A DNA stretch of 64,000 bases from Staphylococcus phage SPbeta-like: sequence record KT429160.1. One strand, 5' to 3'. Position 1 is the stretch's first letter. Every line of letters begins with the position of its first letter. This document shows, piece by piece, positions 48,144-58,346 of the stretch. The position numbers and the translations under genes are program-made. The notes beneath the pieces were generated by a model. That model saw only the letters and a list, made by a program, of their open reading frames with translations, was not told where the DNA came from and ran no database searches.

Positions 48144-48749
48144 TCATATTTTCTTTTCCTTCCATTTACTACATGAGTACATAAGAGTACCTTCATCGAG
48201 TGAAATTTCTTCTTGTATTTTATTTTCTAATGCTTTCTTTAGAATAGAACATGATCCACTTCTATACCTTGTACATCTTTGACAACCTTCTAGGAAGTCA
48301 TTATATTCGTCTTCCTTATCAAAAATTCCATTCCAACCAGTTTGAGTGAAAGTTAGCTCTACTCTAGGGTTGCTTGGTTCAATATATACTCTATTAAATC
48401 TAGGTACTACTTTCTTATCATTGTCAAACACTAAGCCAGAAGCTTCTATTGAGTCATTTAAAGTCTTCAACGTGTTATCTAAGTCAACATTAACTCTAGT
48501 AACATATGCTTCTATATCCATATATATGTAATGATCCTTAGTATATTCATAGTCCCAATCAATATTGACAGGTAAAGACATCTGACGTTCAACGTTAATC
48601 ATAATGTCCTCTCTATTTTCCTTACCAGCTTTAGACAAGATTTTCTTACCTGTAAAACGTCCTCCAGAAAACTGTTGTACATAAAGTTTATTTAATGAAG
48701 TAGGTAATGGTAACGATAATCTACATTGTAAAGGCATGTTTATCACCAT
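48144..48749 (-). CDS. rusA: RusA-family Holliday junction resolvase with C-terminal Cys-rich extension
   Basis: LPLPTSLNKLY and VDLDNTLKTLNDSIEASGLVFDNDKKVV match the RusA LPxPPSxN and DxDN…DD motifs; extra CQRCTRY…YSCSKW zinc-binding-like tail. Confidence 0.6.
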   Translation of the reverse strand: MVINMPLQCRLSLPLPTSLNKLYVQQFSGGRFTGKKILSKAGKENREDIMINVERQMSLPVNIDWDYEYTKDHYIYMDIEAYVTRVNVDLDNTLKTLNDSIEASGLVFDNDKKVVPRFNRVYIEPSNPRVELTFTQTGWNGIFDKEDEYNDFLEGCQRCTRYRSGSCSILKKALENKIQEEISLDEGTLMYSCSKWKEKKI

Positions 48750-49149
48750 TTTTAGTTAAGTTCTCTTTAATTTGCCTAGATAAATCAAAGTTAGCATTAG
48801 CTACCTGTTTATTACTTAAAATATTTGTTGTACTTCTATTTAAAGGGGTTTGTTTCATACCATTTCTTGATCGTTCAATTTCAGAAGTAACTTTATTAGC
48901 AAAGTCATCTTCACCTAACGGTCTTCCTTTATCTATGTCAATGCCACGCATATCATCTTTAAATGTAACTTGTAAGTTAATAGTTTTAGTACCATGTAAA
49001 CCTTCAGTATATGTATGTATTACTTCTTTAATATAAATATCAGAATTAAGAGCTAAAGACTCGACTGAGTCAATAGCTAATCTAATTTGTTCTCTTTTAA
49101 ATTTATCAGAATTCATATTAATAACCTCTCTTACGTTTTGCTGCTTCAA
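48721..49149 (-). CDS. hypothetical protein
   Basis: 142-aa ORF; the real start may be MNSDKF. Confidence 0.3.
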   Translation of the reverse strand: MKQQNVREVINMNSDKFKREQIRLAIDSVESLALNSDIYIKEVIHTYTEGLHGTKTINLQVTFKDDMRGIDIDKGRPLGEDDFANKVTSEIERSRNGMKQTPLNRSTTNILSNKQVANANFDLSRQIKENLTKNGDKHAFTM

Positions 49150-49864
49150 TTTGTCTATTTAATTCTTTTTCGATAAGAGGCTCTGGTTTATGGTTTGCTT
49201 CCCAACCAGCTGGTTTCATAATTTTCTTAGTAACTGGATCAATAATTGGTTTACCAGCTTCTCCAAGTTTTGACATATTAGCTTTTTGAATGATTTCAAA
49301 GATAGGCTTAGGGTTCACACCAGTTTCTACAATCGAACCATAGTTAATGTAGTTAATATCATTAAGAGCGTCTGTTTGATTTAATAGAATTTCTTCCTTA
49401 GGGAATTCTCCTTTATTGAAACATTTATTCTTAGCTTTATGAATTGAGTGAATTAATTCATCAACTAATTTCTCTGTTTCATGCTCATTACCAGCCACAG
49501 ATGACCATAAGAATTCTACTAACTCTTCCACTAAGTAATCAGCTCTTTGTACTGCTCTCTCTTTACTGATTGGTTGAGGTACTTCTGCTACTGGGTGTCC
49601 AAATGTCTCATGGAATTTCTTTACATCAAAGTATGGAGCATAAGGTTTTTTCTTTTCATTAGATGGTTTGAATGGTCTAGCATTCATAATTGGTACTTTG
49701 ATCAATTTAGTAGTACGTGTATTATCTTCCTTGTTTTGATTAACAATAACTTCTACTAAAAGTTCTACACCTTTGGCGTTTTTAAACTCTCTTCCGATTA
49801 CTTTTCCATATTGCTTAGTTACTGTGTCGATTACGATTTGTCCTTTTTTAATTTGTTGAAACAT
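49118..49864 (-). CDS. putative MazG-like nucleotide pyrophosphohydrolase
   Basis: 248 aa; C-terminal all-alpha region with EE/DE motifs (VEELVEFLWS, LVDELIHSI) resembling phage MazG/HisE-like NTP-PPases; tentative. Confidence 0.3.
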   Translation of the reverse strand: MFQQIKKGQIVIDTVTKQYGKVIGREFKNAKGVELLVEVIVNQNKEDNTRTTKLIKVPIMNARPFKPSNEKKKPYAPYFDVKKFHETFGHPVAEVPQPISKERAVQRADYLVEELVEFLWSSVAGNEHETEKLVDELIHSIHKAKNKCFNKGEFPKEEILLNQTDALNDINYINYGSIVETGVNPKPIFEIIQKANMSKLGEAGKPIIDPVTKKIMKPAGWEANHKPEPLIEKELNRQIEAAKRKRGY

Positions 49865-49876
49865 ATGAATTCTCCT

Positions 49877-50116
49877 TTATTGTTTATAAATTTGTTGATT
49901 GTGTATTTTTAAATATAAATTTCTTAGCTTTGCTTTGTGATATGCTTTAAAACACATATTCTTAATTCCTTCTAATTCGTTCAATTGCTTGATTGCATAA
50001 AATATTTTCCTATCCAATATTCTTACTGATATTTCATCAAGCCCGTGAGTACGTTTGTCGTACTCATAGGCAATGAATATTCCTTCGATAATTTCTTTCA
50101 GTTTATTTTTTTCCAT
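49877..50116 (-). CDS. hypothetical protein
   Basis: 79-aa ORF. Confidence 0.3.
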   Translation of the reverse strand: MEKNKLKEIIEGIFIAYEYDKRTHGLDEISVRILDRKIFYAIKQLNELEGIKNMCFKAYHKAKLRNLYLKIHNQQIYKQ

Positions 50117-50131
50117 GATATGTATACTTCC

Positions 50132-50380
50132 TTATTTGTTCTGCTCTTCGTCTACAAATTTCATAATTTCACCTTGACCAACTTTAGTAGCAACTTTCTG
50201 ACCATTAACGAACTTAACCATAGTTGGTGTTGACATAACCATATGCTCTGCTGCTAATTCTGGGTTCTCAAAAACATCTTTATATTCAAATTCAAAGTTC
50301 ATTACTGGTAAAATTCCTTTTAAGTTTTTACATGGCATACAAGTTGGTGATCCAAATAATAAGTATTTTGTTTCGTTCAT
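50132..50380 (-). CDS. nrdH: NrdH-like glutaredoxin/thioredoxin-fold redoxin
   Basis: 82 aa; CMPC (CxxC) active site near the N-terminus; adjacent to the nrd genes. Confidence 0.55.
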   Translation of the reverse strand: MNETKYLLFGSPTCMPCKNLKGILPVMNFEFEYKDVFENPELAAEHMVMSTPTMVKFVNGQKVATKVGQGEIMKFVDEEQNK

Positions 50381-50420
50381 AATAGAAATCTCCTTTAATA
50401 TATTAGTTTATTATTATAAT

Positions 50421-51023
50421 TTATTTCTTTAAGATAAATTCTTTTAAAGCTTTCACACGTTCCATACACTCGTCTTCATTAGTATGAGTAGTAGTAATAG
50501 TGTAATCTGCTTCAAATGTATCTATATAGCCTTCAGTTTCATGAGTTAAATCTGTAATATCAAATTCATCATTAATTGCTTCCATTCTTTGAAGTCTTAC
50601 TGCGTCATCACATTCAACCTTAACAATGATAAAGTTATTATCCTTACAGAATTGATATTCATTAGGTTGTCTTAAATCTGTGATAACATTGATCGCATTC
50701 TTAAATAGAGAACTAAAGCTTTTACTACGGTTAATATTATCTGCTGCCATTCTTACCCAGATGTCCTCATCTTGAGTTCTCATAGTTTGTCCAAACCATT
50801 GATATAAATGTCTAGGCTTTTGACCATCAGTAAATTTATTAGGGAATAACTCTTGTGCATATTCCTTTAATGCGTCTCCAAAACCAAACATTACTACTCT
50901 TGTATCGCTATCGTCTTCAAAAGCTTTTATTAATTGTTTTGCTACTGTATCTTTGCCCGAACGCATTTTACCTGTTAGGGCAATATTAATAGTCTTGTTG
51001 TCAGTTGGTTGTAATAAAATCAT
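50421..51023 (-). CDS. putative deoxynucleoside monophosphate kinase
   Basis: P-loop GKMRSGKDT close to the phage dNMP kinase signature (T4 gp1/T5 type); 200 aa; next to RNR genes. Confidence 0.45.
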   Translation of the reverse strand: MILLQPTDNKTINIALTGKMRSGKDTVAKQLIKAFEDDSDTRVVMFGFGDALKEYAQELFPNKFTDGQKPRHLYQWFGQTMRTQDEDIWVRMAADNINRSKSFSSLFKNAINVITDLRQPNEYQFCKDNNFIIVKVECDDAVRLQRMEAINDEFDITDLTHETEGYIDTFEADYTITTTHTNEDECMERVKALKEFILKK

Positions 51024-51050
51024 GGTTTTATTCCTCTCCTATTAATTACC

Positions 51051-52073
51051 TTATTGTAAGAATTTGTTAGATAACTCGTATGAAATAACATTGTTGAAAT
51101 CAAAGTCTTTATCACGTAAAGGTACTTGATTTAATGCTAATGTATAACCGTCACCTTTAACTGAGAAGAAGTCATGGTTAGTTGTATCTGTTCTCAAACC
51201 ATTTTCTACAATAGGGTTAAATGGCTCTGGGTTAAATACTGTCTCCCAACCTAAGTTCATTAAAGCACGATTACCGTTATATTGAATGTAACGAATAACG
51301 TCTTCAGTTAAACCTAACTTATCGTATAATGAAGCTGCATATTCAACCTCATTGAAGTAAAGTTGATCAAATAGTTCCATCAACTCTTTACGAATATCCT
51401 CTTGCTCTTCTTTACTGAATTTATCAAAGATAACTTGAGCTGCATATCCTGTACCACTACCATGAATAGTTTCATCTAAGATAATCTTACGAATGATTTC
51501 TCCACTGTGAACCATTTTACCTTGTCCAGCTAAATACAATGGATAGTAGAAACCAGAGAAGAATAAGAATGACTCTAAGAAAATTGATGAAGCCATTGCT
51601 ACATAAATTTCACGATCAGTAGGGTTTGGTTTAAGTAATTTATAATAGTTAGTTGTAATCAATTTTGTCTTTTTGTTTAGATATTTATTTGCTGGTACCC
51701 ACTCTTTTAAGTAGTAATGAGTATCTTTTCTCTCAAGTAGTGAAGTAAAGATATGTGAATACGACTTATGATGAATATTCTCCATCATAGACATAAATGC
51801 AAATACTCCTCTCCAAATCTCTTCGGGATAGTGGAAAGCCAATAAAGGCATTCCTTCAGTTCCCTGTGTTGTATCTAAACCTGTTAAACCTGATAGTGCT
51901 TTAACATAAGTTTCTTGTTCATCCGCAGATAATGTCTTCCAAACACTTAAATCTTTAGAAGGTTTGAATTCCTCTTCAGTCCACATTTGTTTTACATTTT
52001 GTTTCCAATAAGTTAACGCTATTGAATTATCTTTGTCCCAGTTTGTTGCTCTTGCTTTAATTTCTCTTGTCAT
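51051..52073 (-). CDS. nrdF: ribonucleotide reductase class Ib beta subunit
   Basis: 340 aa; ferritin-like di-iron ligand spacing (…MENIHHKSY…, …ESFLFFSGFYYP…, …DETIHG…); immediately downstream of nrdE. Confidence 0.8.
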   Translation of the reverse strand: MTREIKARATNWDKDNSIALTYWKQNVKQMWTEEEFKPSKDLSVWKTLSADEQETYVKALSGLTGLDTTQGTEGMPLLAFHYPEEIWRGVFAFMSMMENIHHKSYSHIFTSLLERKDTHYYLKEWVPANKYLNKKTKLITTNYYKLLKPNPTDREIYVAMASSIFLESFLFFSGFYYPLYLAGQGKMVHSGEIIRKIILDETIHGSGTGYAAQVIFDKFSKEEQEDIRKELMELFDQLYFNEVEYAASLYDKLGLTEDVIRYIQYNGNRALMNLGWETVFNPEPFNPIVENGLRTDTTNHDFFSVKGDGYTLALNQVPLRDKDFDFNNVISYELSNKFLQ

Positions 52074-52118
52074 TATATGTATATCTCCTTATTAGGTAGT
52101 TTTTTGTTTTAATATGTA

Positions 52119-52328
52119 TTAGACTGCACAACTTGTACATTCAGCGATACTGATAAGTTTGTTTCTTGTGTAATAAAGTGATTTAAGTCCTCTATCATGT
52201 GCATATGCATATAATCTTGCTAGTTTGTTTGTCTCAATTTCACTGTTAACAAATAAGATTGTTGAAACACCTTGATCTATCCACTTCTGAGCTACTGCCG
52301 CCACATTTATGATATGTCTTGAGGAATA
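52119..52328 (-). CDS. nrdE: ribonucleotide reductase alpha subunit NrdE, last coding segment
   Basis: …AAVAQKWIDQGVSTILFVNSE…LKSLYYTRNK…ECTSCAV: radical-transfer YY pair and C-terminal CxxC tail of class I RNR alpha; in -1 frame relative to exon 2. Confidence 0.75.
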   Translation of the reverse strand, partial: YSSRHIINVAAVAQKWIDQGVSTILFVNSEIETNKLARLYAYAHDRGLKSLYYTRNKLISIAECTSCAV

Positions 52329-52483
52329 TCAAATGCAGTTGGTGAATAGAACCACATTGTTTCTGGTGATAAATAAGGCATTGGATAATAAGTTTCTGAG
52401 TTACCATATTTACGTTTCTCTACAACATCTACAACTGGTGTTAATGCTGAAGAACAGTTTGTTATATAACTTATTGATTGTGT
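52329..52483 (-). CDS. nrdE: NrdE middle coding segment (exon 2)
   Basis: Hand-translated TQSISYITNCSSALTPVVDVVEKRKYGNSETYYPMPYLSPETMWFYSPTAFD aligns with the conserved NrdE IAP-TGSISY…ERTYGNSKTYYPMPG…WFFYKEAYD region; joins exon 1 …SIAP at a U/G-bounded splice. Confidence 0.7.
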
Positions 52484-53648
52484 CCTTTATGTTCAGTTAA
52501 GGTCGTTAATCTTAACCCGTCAATTTTGACAGCTTATACTTTCATATAAGAGCAGACTATATCACAACTTACTTTGAAGTAAGCCATCTCCCGCTTCCAC
52601 TCACTTGAGTGTACTTCCCGCAACGGAATAGTCGTTGAACTCTCCTTTTAAATGTATGATGTAATTAATAATTAAAATAAATTCTAGAATATTCTTCATG
52701 ACTTAATTTCTCGATTTTATGTATATTATATTTTCTTAATAAATGAGGTAATTGGTTGACTAGAACTCGCTGAGCTTGTGAATGTGTTAAGTCAAACTCT
52801 TGAGCATAAGTTTTGATAGTATCATAATATTTAATATCGTTATTCTTATATGTTATTTTATAAGGGTTTAAAAACTGATAATCTATTTTATGATCAAAGG
52901 CTATTTTTCCTACAATCGTATCTTTCGGTATTTCTTCTACTATTTCTAGATTTAATATATTAAGAAAGCTACCTGATTTAACATCTTTTTCTGCCCTACT
53001 TCTTCCTATTTTAAAAGCTTTAGCCATCTTTGAACATGAGCCATAATAGCTGTACAACTCTCCATTTGGAAATGAGGCTTTAATTATTTTACTAGCCTTA
53101 CTAACTGAAGCTCCTATATGATATCCATGTTTAGTATTATATGAGATTGTTACCCACTCCAGATTTGATACATCATTGTTGTCTTTTATATTATCTTTAT
53201 GGTTTACAACTGGACAGTTAGAAGGGTTAGGAATAAATGTTTCTGCCACCATTCTATGTACTCTTGCAGTCGTTAATGTTCCATTCAGATTAGTTAAGCC
53301 TACTATCAAATATCCATCTTTATCTTTTCTAGTTTTTTTATTGATCCAACGATTATGACCACCGTGCCATCCTCTTATTCTTCCAAGATTACTTACTAGG
53401 TAATTCGGGTTATTAGGATAACTCAACCATAACTCGTTTAATTTTAATTTCTTACCTTCATGTATTATTGCTACTGGTTTCAAATTCATTTACATCATCC
53501 TTTTTAAGTATTTCATACACTTAAAAGGCTTAGCTGCGTATTACCCAATCTTTAAGATTATTACGCTTCGGTACTTAAAGCTCTAAGGGTTTCTTCGCAA
53601 TTCAAGAGATTTATCAATAATATTAATTTATTATCGCCCTAATCAATA
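52484..53648 (-). other. group I intron in nrdE carrying an HNH homing endonuclease ORF
   Basis: 1165-nt insertion between conserved NrdE codons (…IAP | TQSISY…); exon 1 ends in U; insert ends in G (omega-G) right before exon 2; contains a free-standing HNH ORF. Confidence 0.7.
52665..53489 (-). CDS. HNH homing endonuclease (intron-encoded)
   Basis: 274 aa; NUMOD/AP2-like N-terminus; HNH_3 motif (…ARVHRMVAETF…VVNHKDNIKDNNDVSNLEWVT…) typical of phage intron HEGs such as I-HmuI and SPbeta YosQ. Confidence 0.75.
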   Translation of the reverse strand: MNLKPVAIIHEGKKLKLNELWLSYPNNPNYLVSNLGRIRGWHGGHNRWINKKTRKDKDGYLIVGLTNLNGTLTTARVHRMVAETFIPNPSNCPVVNHKDNIKDNNDVSNLEWVTISYNTKHGYHIGASVSKASKIIKASFPNGELYSYYGSCSKMAKAFKIGRSRAEKDVKSGSFLNILNLEIVEEIPKDTIVGKIAFDHKIDYQFLNPYKITYKNNDIKYYDTIKTYAQEFDLTHSQAQRVLVNQLPHLLRKYNIHKIEKLSHEEYSRIYFNY

Positions 53649-56552
53649 AGGTGCGATTGACAATCTATATGAGTTATATAAACCATTCTTATCAACTTCT
53701 CTAGCTAACCGTTGCCAGTCTTCTTTAGTAGGAATGTAAATACCTTTAAAAATCTCTTTAACTTTCGGAGTAATTGGTTCTACATTCTTAGTTACACGAT
53801 TGTTTTTATAGAAGTATTCTCCAAACTCTTTTCCATCTTTAGCTTTATAATCTGTTTGATCAAAGCCATAGAATTTGTCATTTCTTTCAACTGCAATCTT
53901 CATTGACTCGTCTAATGAATAATAGTCCATCATCATGCAGTAAACATTTAGCAAATCAAGTGACTCTTCTGAACCATATCTAATTTTGTTTTTAGCACAC
54001 ATACTATGGAATGACATTACACCTAAACCAACTGCTCTATTGTTTTTATTTGCTTTATGAACTGTTGGTAAGTGTTCGATACGTGAATTGTTAGCTACAA
54101 ACGTTAAAGCTCTCATTCCAGTACGAATTGACTCTTCAATTTCTTTCTCTTCGATTGATTTAACCATATTAAGAGAAGCTAAGTTACAGATAATATCTTG
54201 ACCTAATTCATCTGGTTCGTAGTAATCTTTGATATCTGAAACATGCATGTATTGGAAGATCTCAGTACAATTTCCTGTCACAATTCCATTGAAGATTAAT
54301 GAGTGATAATCTTCTTGTGTGGTATCATAAACATCTTCTTTACCAATATATTTAATTTCAGTAATTTCGGCAGTAAAATCATGTTTCGGTTTTCTACTAT
54401 TTGGTCGCAATGTTAAGTTAAAAATCATTGCTTTATGTATATCTTTAGGTTTCAAAGCTACTTCTTTCATAAACAAATCTCTTGAGCTTCTGTCTTGAAT
54501 GCTAATTTTATATGTATTTTGAACTTTGTACTCTTTCATGCCGCCATTACCATCTGGTAATAAGCTTATCTCTCTCTCACTTTGATATATTGATGAATAC
54601 ACACCGAGATTTAACAGTTGCATTTGAATATCTCTTGCTAATTCTTCACTGATTGTTGTCAATTCGATGCTCATTGCTTTATATTTTTCATTTGTATTTA
54701 CGCAAGCATCCATTTGATATAAGCCAGATAAATAAGCAGTTATTGTATTTTTTGTAGCATTTTTTAATAAGTTTGGAAATCTCAATTTAGTCTCTCTGTT
54801 AAATCCAAATCTAGATAATATTTTGTATAGCTCAACACTGCTAATTGTTAATTTTTGTAGTTCTTTATTTTCAACAAATTTAGGATGTAAGTTTGCACTA
54901 TGATGTAAAAACTCATTTTTATTTCTATATTTATCTATAATATAAGCTACTAATTCTTCAATAGTTTCTTTAAGATATTGCTTCTCGTGATATAGATAAA
55001 TTTTAACTGAACCGTCTCTTCCAAATGTCCCATCTCCAGCGATAAGCCCCATCAAGAATGCTAATTTTGGATCATGAAAATCTCCATAACTTCCATTACC
55101 AGATTGAACTAATAGCTTATCTCCTACCTCTAATTGATTTAACTGAACTTTTTCAATTGAGTCGTTTATTTTTCTATAATATTTGTGCCATTCGGTAGAT
55201 TTAATTTTAAACCCTTGTTTAGTAGTAATTTCATAAATTTCAGCTTGTTTAGCTGTAAGTTGCATTGGAATAGCATTTACGATATCAGTACCTTTATTGT
55301 TAATATCATAATTCTTAGTTCTATTATCAATTACTACTTTCAAATCTTCTTGACTTTCATACAAGTCTTTGGCTTTCACATAACCTTTTTCAGTTAATAA
55401 CTCAGTGTCTCCAGTAACACATAAGTTAGACATTTTGATTTCACCAAGCTCATTTAAAGCATGGTTTTTGTTTGCGTTATCTTTATACATGATATAAGGA
55501 TAACCAGATTGTAATTGAATTTGAGCGATCAGATTTAACATTTCTCTAGCATTAATTTTATGTTTGATAACATTTTCATTCTCAACGAACTTGTCATACC
55601 AATCATTAATATTAATGTCATCTAAGATTACATCTTTACCGAATTCTTCTTGAATTGAGTATGGTTCAAACATATATAAGTCTTTGTCTTCTTTTGCTAA
55701 ATCAAAGAATAATGAAGGAACAATTAAACCGATTGAAAGTGTAGCTAAACGTGTATCTTCATCTGCATTAACTTTCTTAGTGTTTAATAACTCAATTACA
55801 TCTGAGTGGAAAATGTTTAAGTAAGCAGCACCAGCTCCAGCACGTTGACCTAATTGATCAGCATAACTAACTTCACCTTCAATTAATTTAGCAACTGGTA
55901 CGATACCTTTACCTACATTCTTAACACCTTTTAATGTAGCACCACGACCTCTTAATCGTGTTAAGTTAACTGCTACACCACCAGCAATCTTACTAGCTTG
56001 TGATACTTGACTTCTAATGAAGTTGATAGAGTTTAATGTGTCATCCATTGTGAATAAATAACAAGAAGCTAATTCTCCTCGTTGCTTACGACCAGCATTT
56101 AAATATGTTGGAGTTGCTGTTTGTACTGTTTGAAGTGTATGTGCTTTAATGTATCTTTTAGCTAAATCAACATCTCCACCAGCTAAGTACAGAGAAACGA
56201 TTACGTTATGTTGTTCAAAGTCTTCAAGCCATTGCGACTTATCTCTAGTTTTTAATGCGTATGTATCATAGAATTTGCTTGCTGCCATGAAGCTTTGGAA
56301 CTCAAAGCCGAATGAATAAGCATAATCTAAAAGCTCTAATAATGTTTCTTCACTGTAATCTTTAAATACATCAATATAGTAATCTTCTTCTACTAAGTAA
56401 CGTAATCTTGCAATCTGATTTGAGAATTGCTTTGTTTTACTCTTAATGTGTTCTAAATATAACTTAATTGCTTCTTTGTCTTTTGATAAGCTAAGCTGTC
56501 CTAACTCATCTCTTCTCATGATTTCATTGTTTTTTTCGATCCATTTACTCAA
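53649..56552 (-). CDS. nrdE: NrdE exon 1 (includes in-frame intein)
   Basis: TTG start with RBS GGGAGG; class I RNR alpha motifs; catalytic-site SNL-C-TEI split by an intein; ORF runs into intron-encoded …Y* after IAP. Confidence 0.8.
54270..55421 (-). other. intein (384 aa) with LAGLIDADG homing endonuclease, inserted at the catalytic Cys of NrdE
   Basis: Extein KMSNL | CVTGDTELL… … HSLIFNGIVTGN | CTEIFQ: Cys at intein position 1, C-terminal GN followed by +1 Cys; two LAGLIDADG motifs (LMGLIAGDGTF, LSGLYQMDACV). Confidence 0.8.
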
Positions 56553-56573
56553 ATCAATCGCCTCCCAATATTT

Positions 56574-57020
56574 TTATATTTCATTTCTTAAATAATTTTC
56601 AAATTCTTCTTCAGACATTAACCTAATTCGTTTAACGTCCTCAATAAATTTTCTTCTATTCTCGTTCATCTTATCTAGAAGTTGATCAATATCTCTCTTC
56701 TCAGCTAAACCATCTAGATAATCAGATACTTGTTGATTTACACTAGGCTCTTCATCAGTAGCTAATAAACCAACATTACCGCCAGTGTAATCTTTATCTA
56801 CTGTTTTAGTAGTTGTACTTGTAGGCGTGATTACTTCATATGAATTACTTTGATCCAATAGTTTCATACTATATAAGAAGTAAAGCGTCTGAGCAGCTGC
56901 CTGTAAATCTTGATGTCTATTTCTCTTCCTTAAATTGTCTTTAATAATATCATCTTGCATATCAAAGACTATTCCAAATTGTTTATCGAACATATCATTA
57001 ATTGTTTTCTTATGTTCCAT
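56574..57020 (-). CDS. hypothetical protein
   Basis: 148-aa ORF between nrdI and nrdE. Confidence 0.3.
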   Translation of the reverse strand: MEHKKTINDMFDKQFGIVFDMQDDIIKDNLRKRNRHQDLQAAAQTLYFLYSMKLLDQSNSYEVITPTSTTTKTVDKDYTGGNVGLLATDEEPSVNQQVSDYLDGLAEKRDIDQLLDKMNENRRKFIEDVKRIRLMSEEEFENYLRNEI

Positions 57021-57445
57021 TACATCACCCTTCCTTTAATATAATCGACTAATTTATTTACATCGACCATATTTCCAGCTAGTTCATACTTTCCGATCAA
57101 CTCTACGTTAAATCGTTTCGAAATCGTATCTCCAGCTATTGCAAAATTAGTTCCCCAATTACGATTGCTAGACGACATAACTGCAATCAAATTGTTTTGG
57201 TTTGTTTCATTCTTTAGAAAAGTTTCTACTGGTGCTGGAACCTCTCCAAAATCATATGTTGGTGTAATTAACACATATGAATTATTTATTTCTAACGGTT
57301 CATCTTTTATTCTATGCACATCTATTTGAATTTGTTCCAGAACTTTCTCCATAAATCGTTCCGTTTGTCTTGTGCGAGAATAATAAGCAAGTGATAGTTT
57401 ACTAGGTACTGAAATGCTTTCTCTTTTATCCACTGCACTATTCAT
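57020..57445 (-). CDS. nrdI: NrdI flavodoxin-like protein
   Basis: 141 aa; LITPTYDFGEVP and SSNRNWGTNFAIAG blocks typical of NrdI; directly upstream of nrdE. Confidence 0.7.
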   Translation of the reverse strand: MNSAVDKRESISVPSKLSLAYYSRTRQTERFMEKVLEQIQIDVHRIKDEPLEINNSYVLITPTYDFGEVPAPVETFLKNETNQNNLIAVMSSSNRNWGTNFAIAGDTISKRFNVELIGKYELAGNMVDVNKLVDYIKGRVM

Positions 57446-57633
57446 CTTCCTTTTATTATATTTTATTTCTTATCATAAAAATTGTAATCGAGATTTTCTA
57501 AGAAATCTTCTGTTGTATGTATAGCTTCATTGAAGTCTTGTGTATTATCATATGTATCATTGTCTTCCAAATAATCGAATGTTACGTTTTTGTATGCTGC
57601 TTCTAATGCGTTCATTAAATTTTCCTCACAGTA

Positions 57634-58335
57634 TCAAATTATTTTAACTTCAACTTCTTTTTCGTTCTCATGTGCATAGTTTAATAAGAATTGTAATTTA
57701 TATCCATCAACGGTTACTTCTTCACCATCAAATTTGCCAGACATTTGTTTCAGAAAAATACTTTCCACTGTTTTTTCAACTAACTCAATATCTATACGTC
57801 CTTCTTCATCACTCGGAATTGAGTCTTGATATTGTTCCTTAGTCTTTTCATCAGTGATAGCAATAACTACTGCTCCATCATACATATTACGTTCAGCTTG
57901 AACAGTCAGCACTAAGTTTTCACTACTAGTCACTCGATCAGCAATATATTTTTCATTTCCTTCTTTAATTGCTCCTAAGATTTCAATTACTTTATCAAAA
58001 GCAATAATCGAAGCTACATTAACTGACTTGATCATATTATCAATTAATTCTTTTAATGGTTCAAATTCTAATGGCTCATTATTACCATATGAGTTATATT
58101 GAACTCTTCGAAATACCTTACCTTCATGACTTGGGCTATCCAATTGAATATGAACTTCCTTGTCATTTAAACCTGTTGCTTGAAGGTCAAAATCTCCTTC
58201 TTCCCACTCTTTAACTGCGTGTAATTTCTCATACAATTCTCCAATTGGAGTCTCAGTATTCAAAGTGGTTTTAAACCAATCAATTGCCTCTTGCTCATTA
58301 TCAAATCTTAAACCTTCATTTGTATAAACTGGCAT
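57634..58335 (-). CDS. hypothetical protein
   Basis: 233-aa acidic ORF. Confidence 0.3.
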   Translation of the reverse strand: MPVYTNEGLRFDNEQEAIDWFKTTLNTETPIGELYEKLHAVKEWEEGDFDLQATGLNDKEVHIQLDSPSHEGKVFRRVQYNSYGNNEPLEFEPLKELIDNMIKSVNVASIIAFDKVIEILGAIKEGNEKYIADRVTSSENLVLTVQAERNMYDGAVVIAITDEKTKEQYQDSIPSDEEGRIDIELVEKTVESIFLKQMSGKFDGEEVTVDGYKLQFLLNYAHENEKEVEVKII

Positions 58336-58346
58336 TTAGCTTCCTC

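Noticed and set aside
52309-52500. 63-aa plus-strand ORF
   Set aside because: Lies antisense to the conserved nrdE exon 2 (TQSISY…AFD) and exon 3 start; the minus-strand reading is strongly supported by homology.
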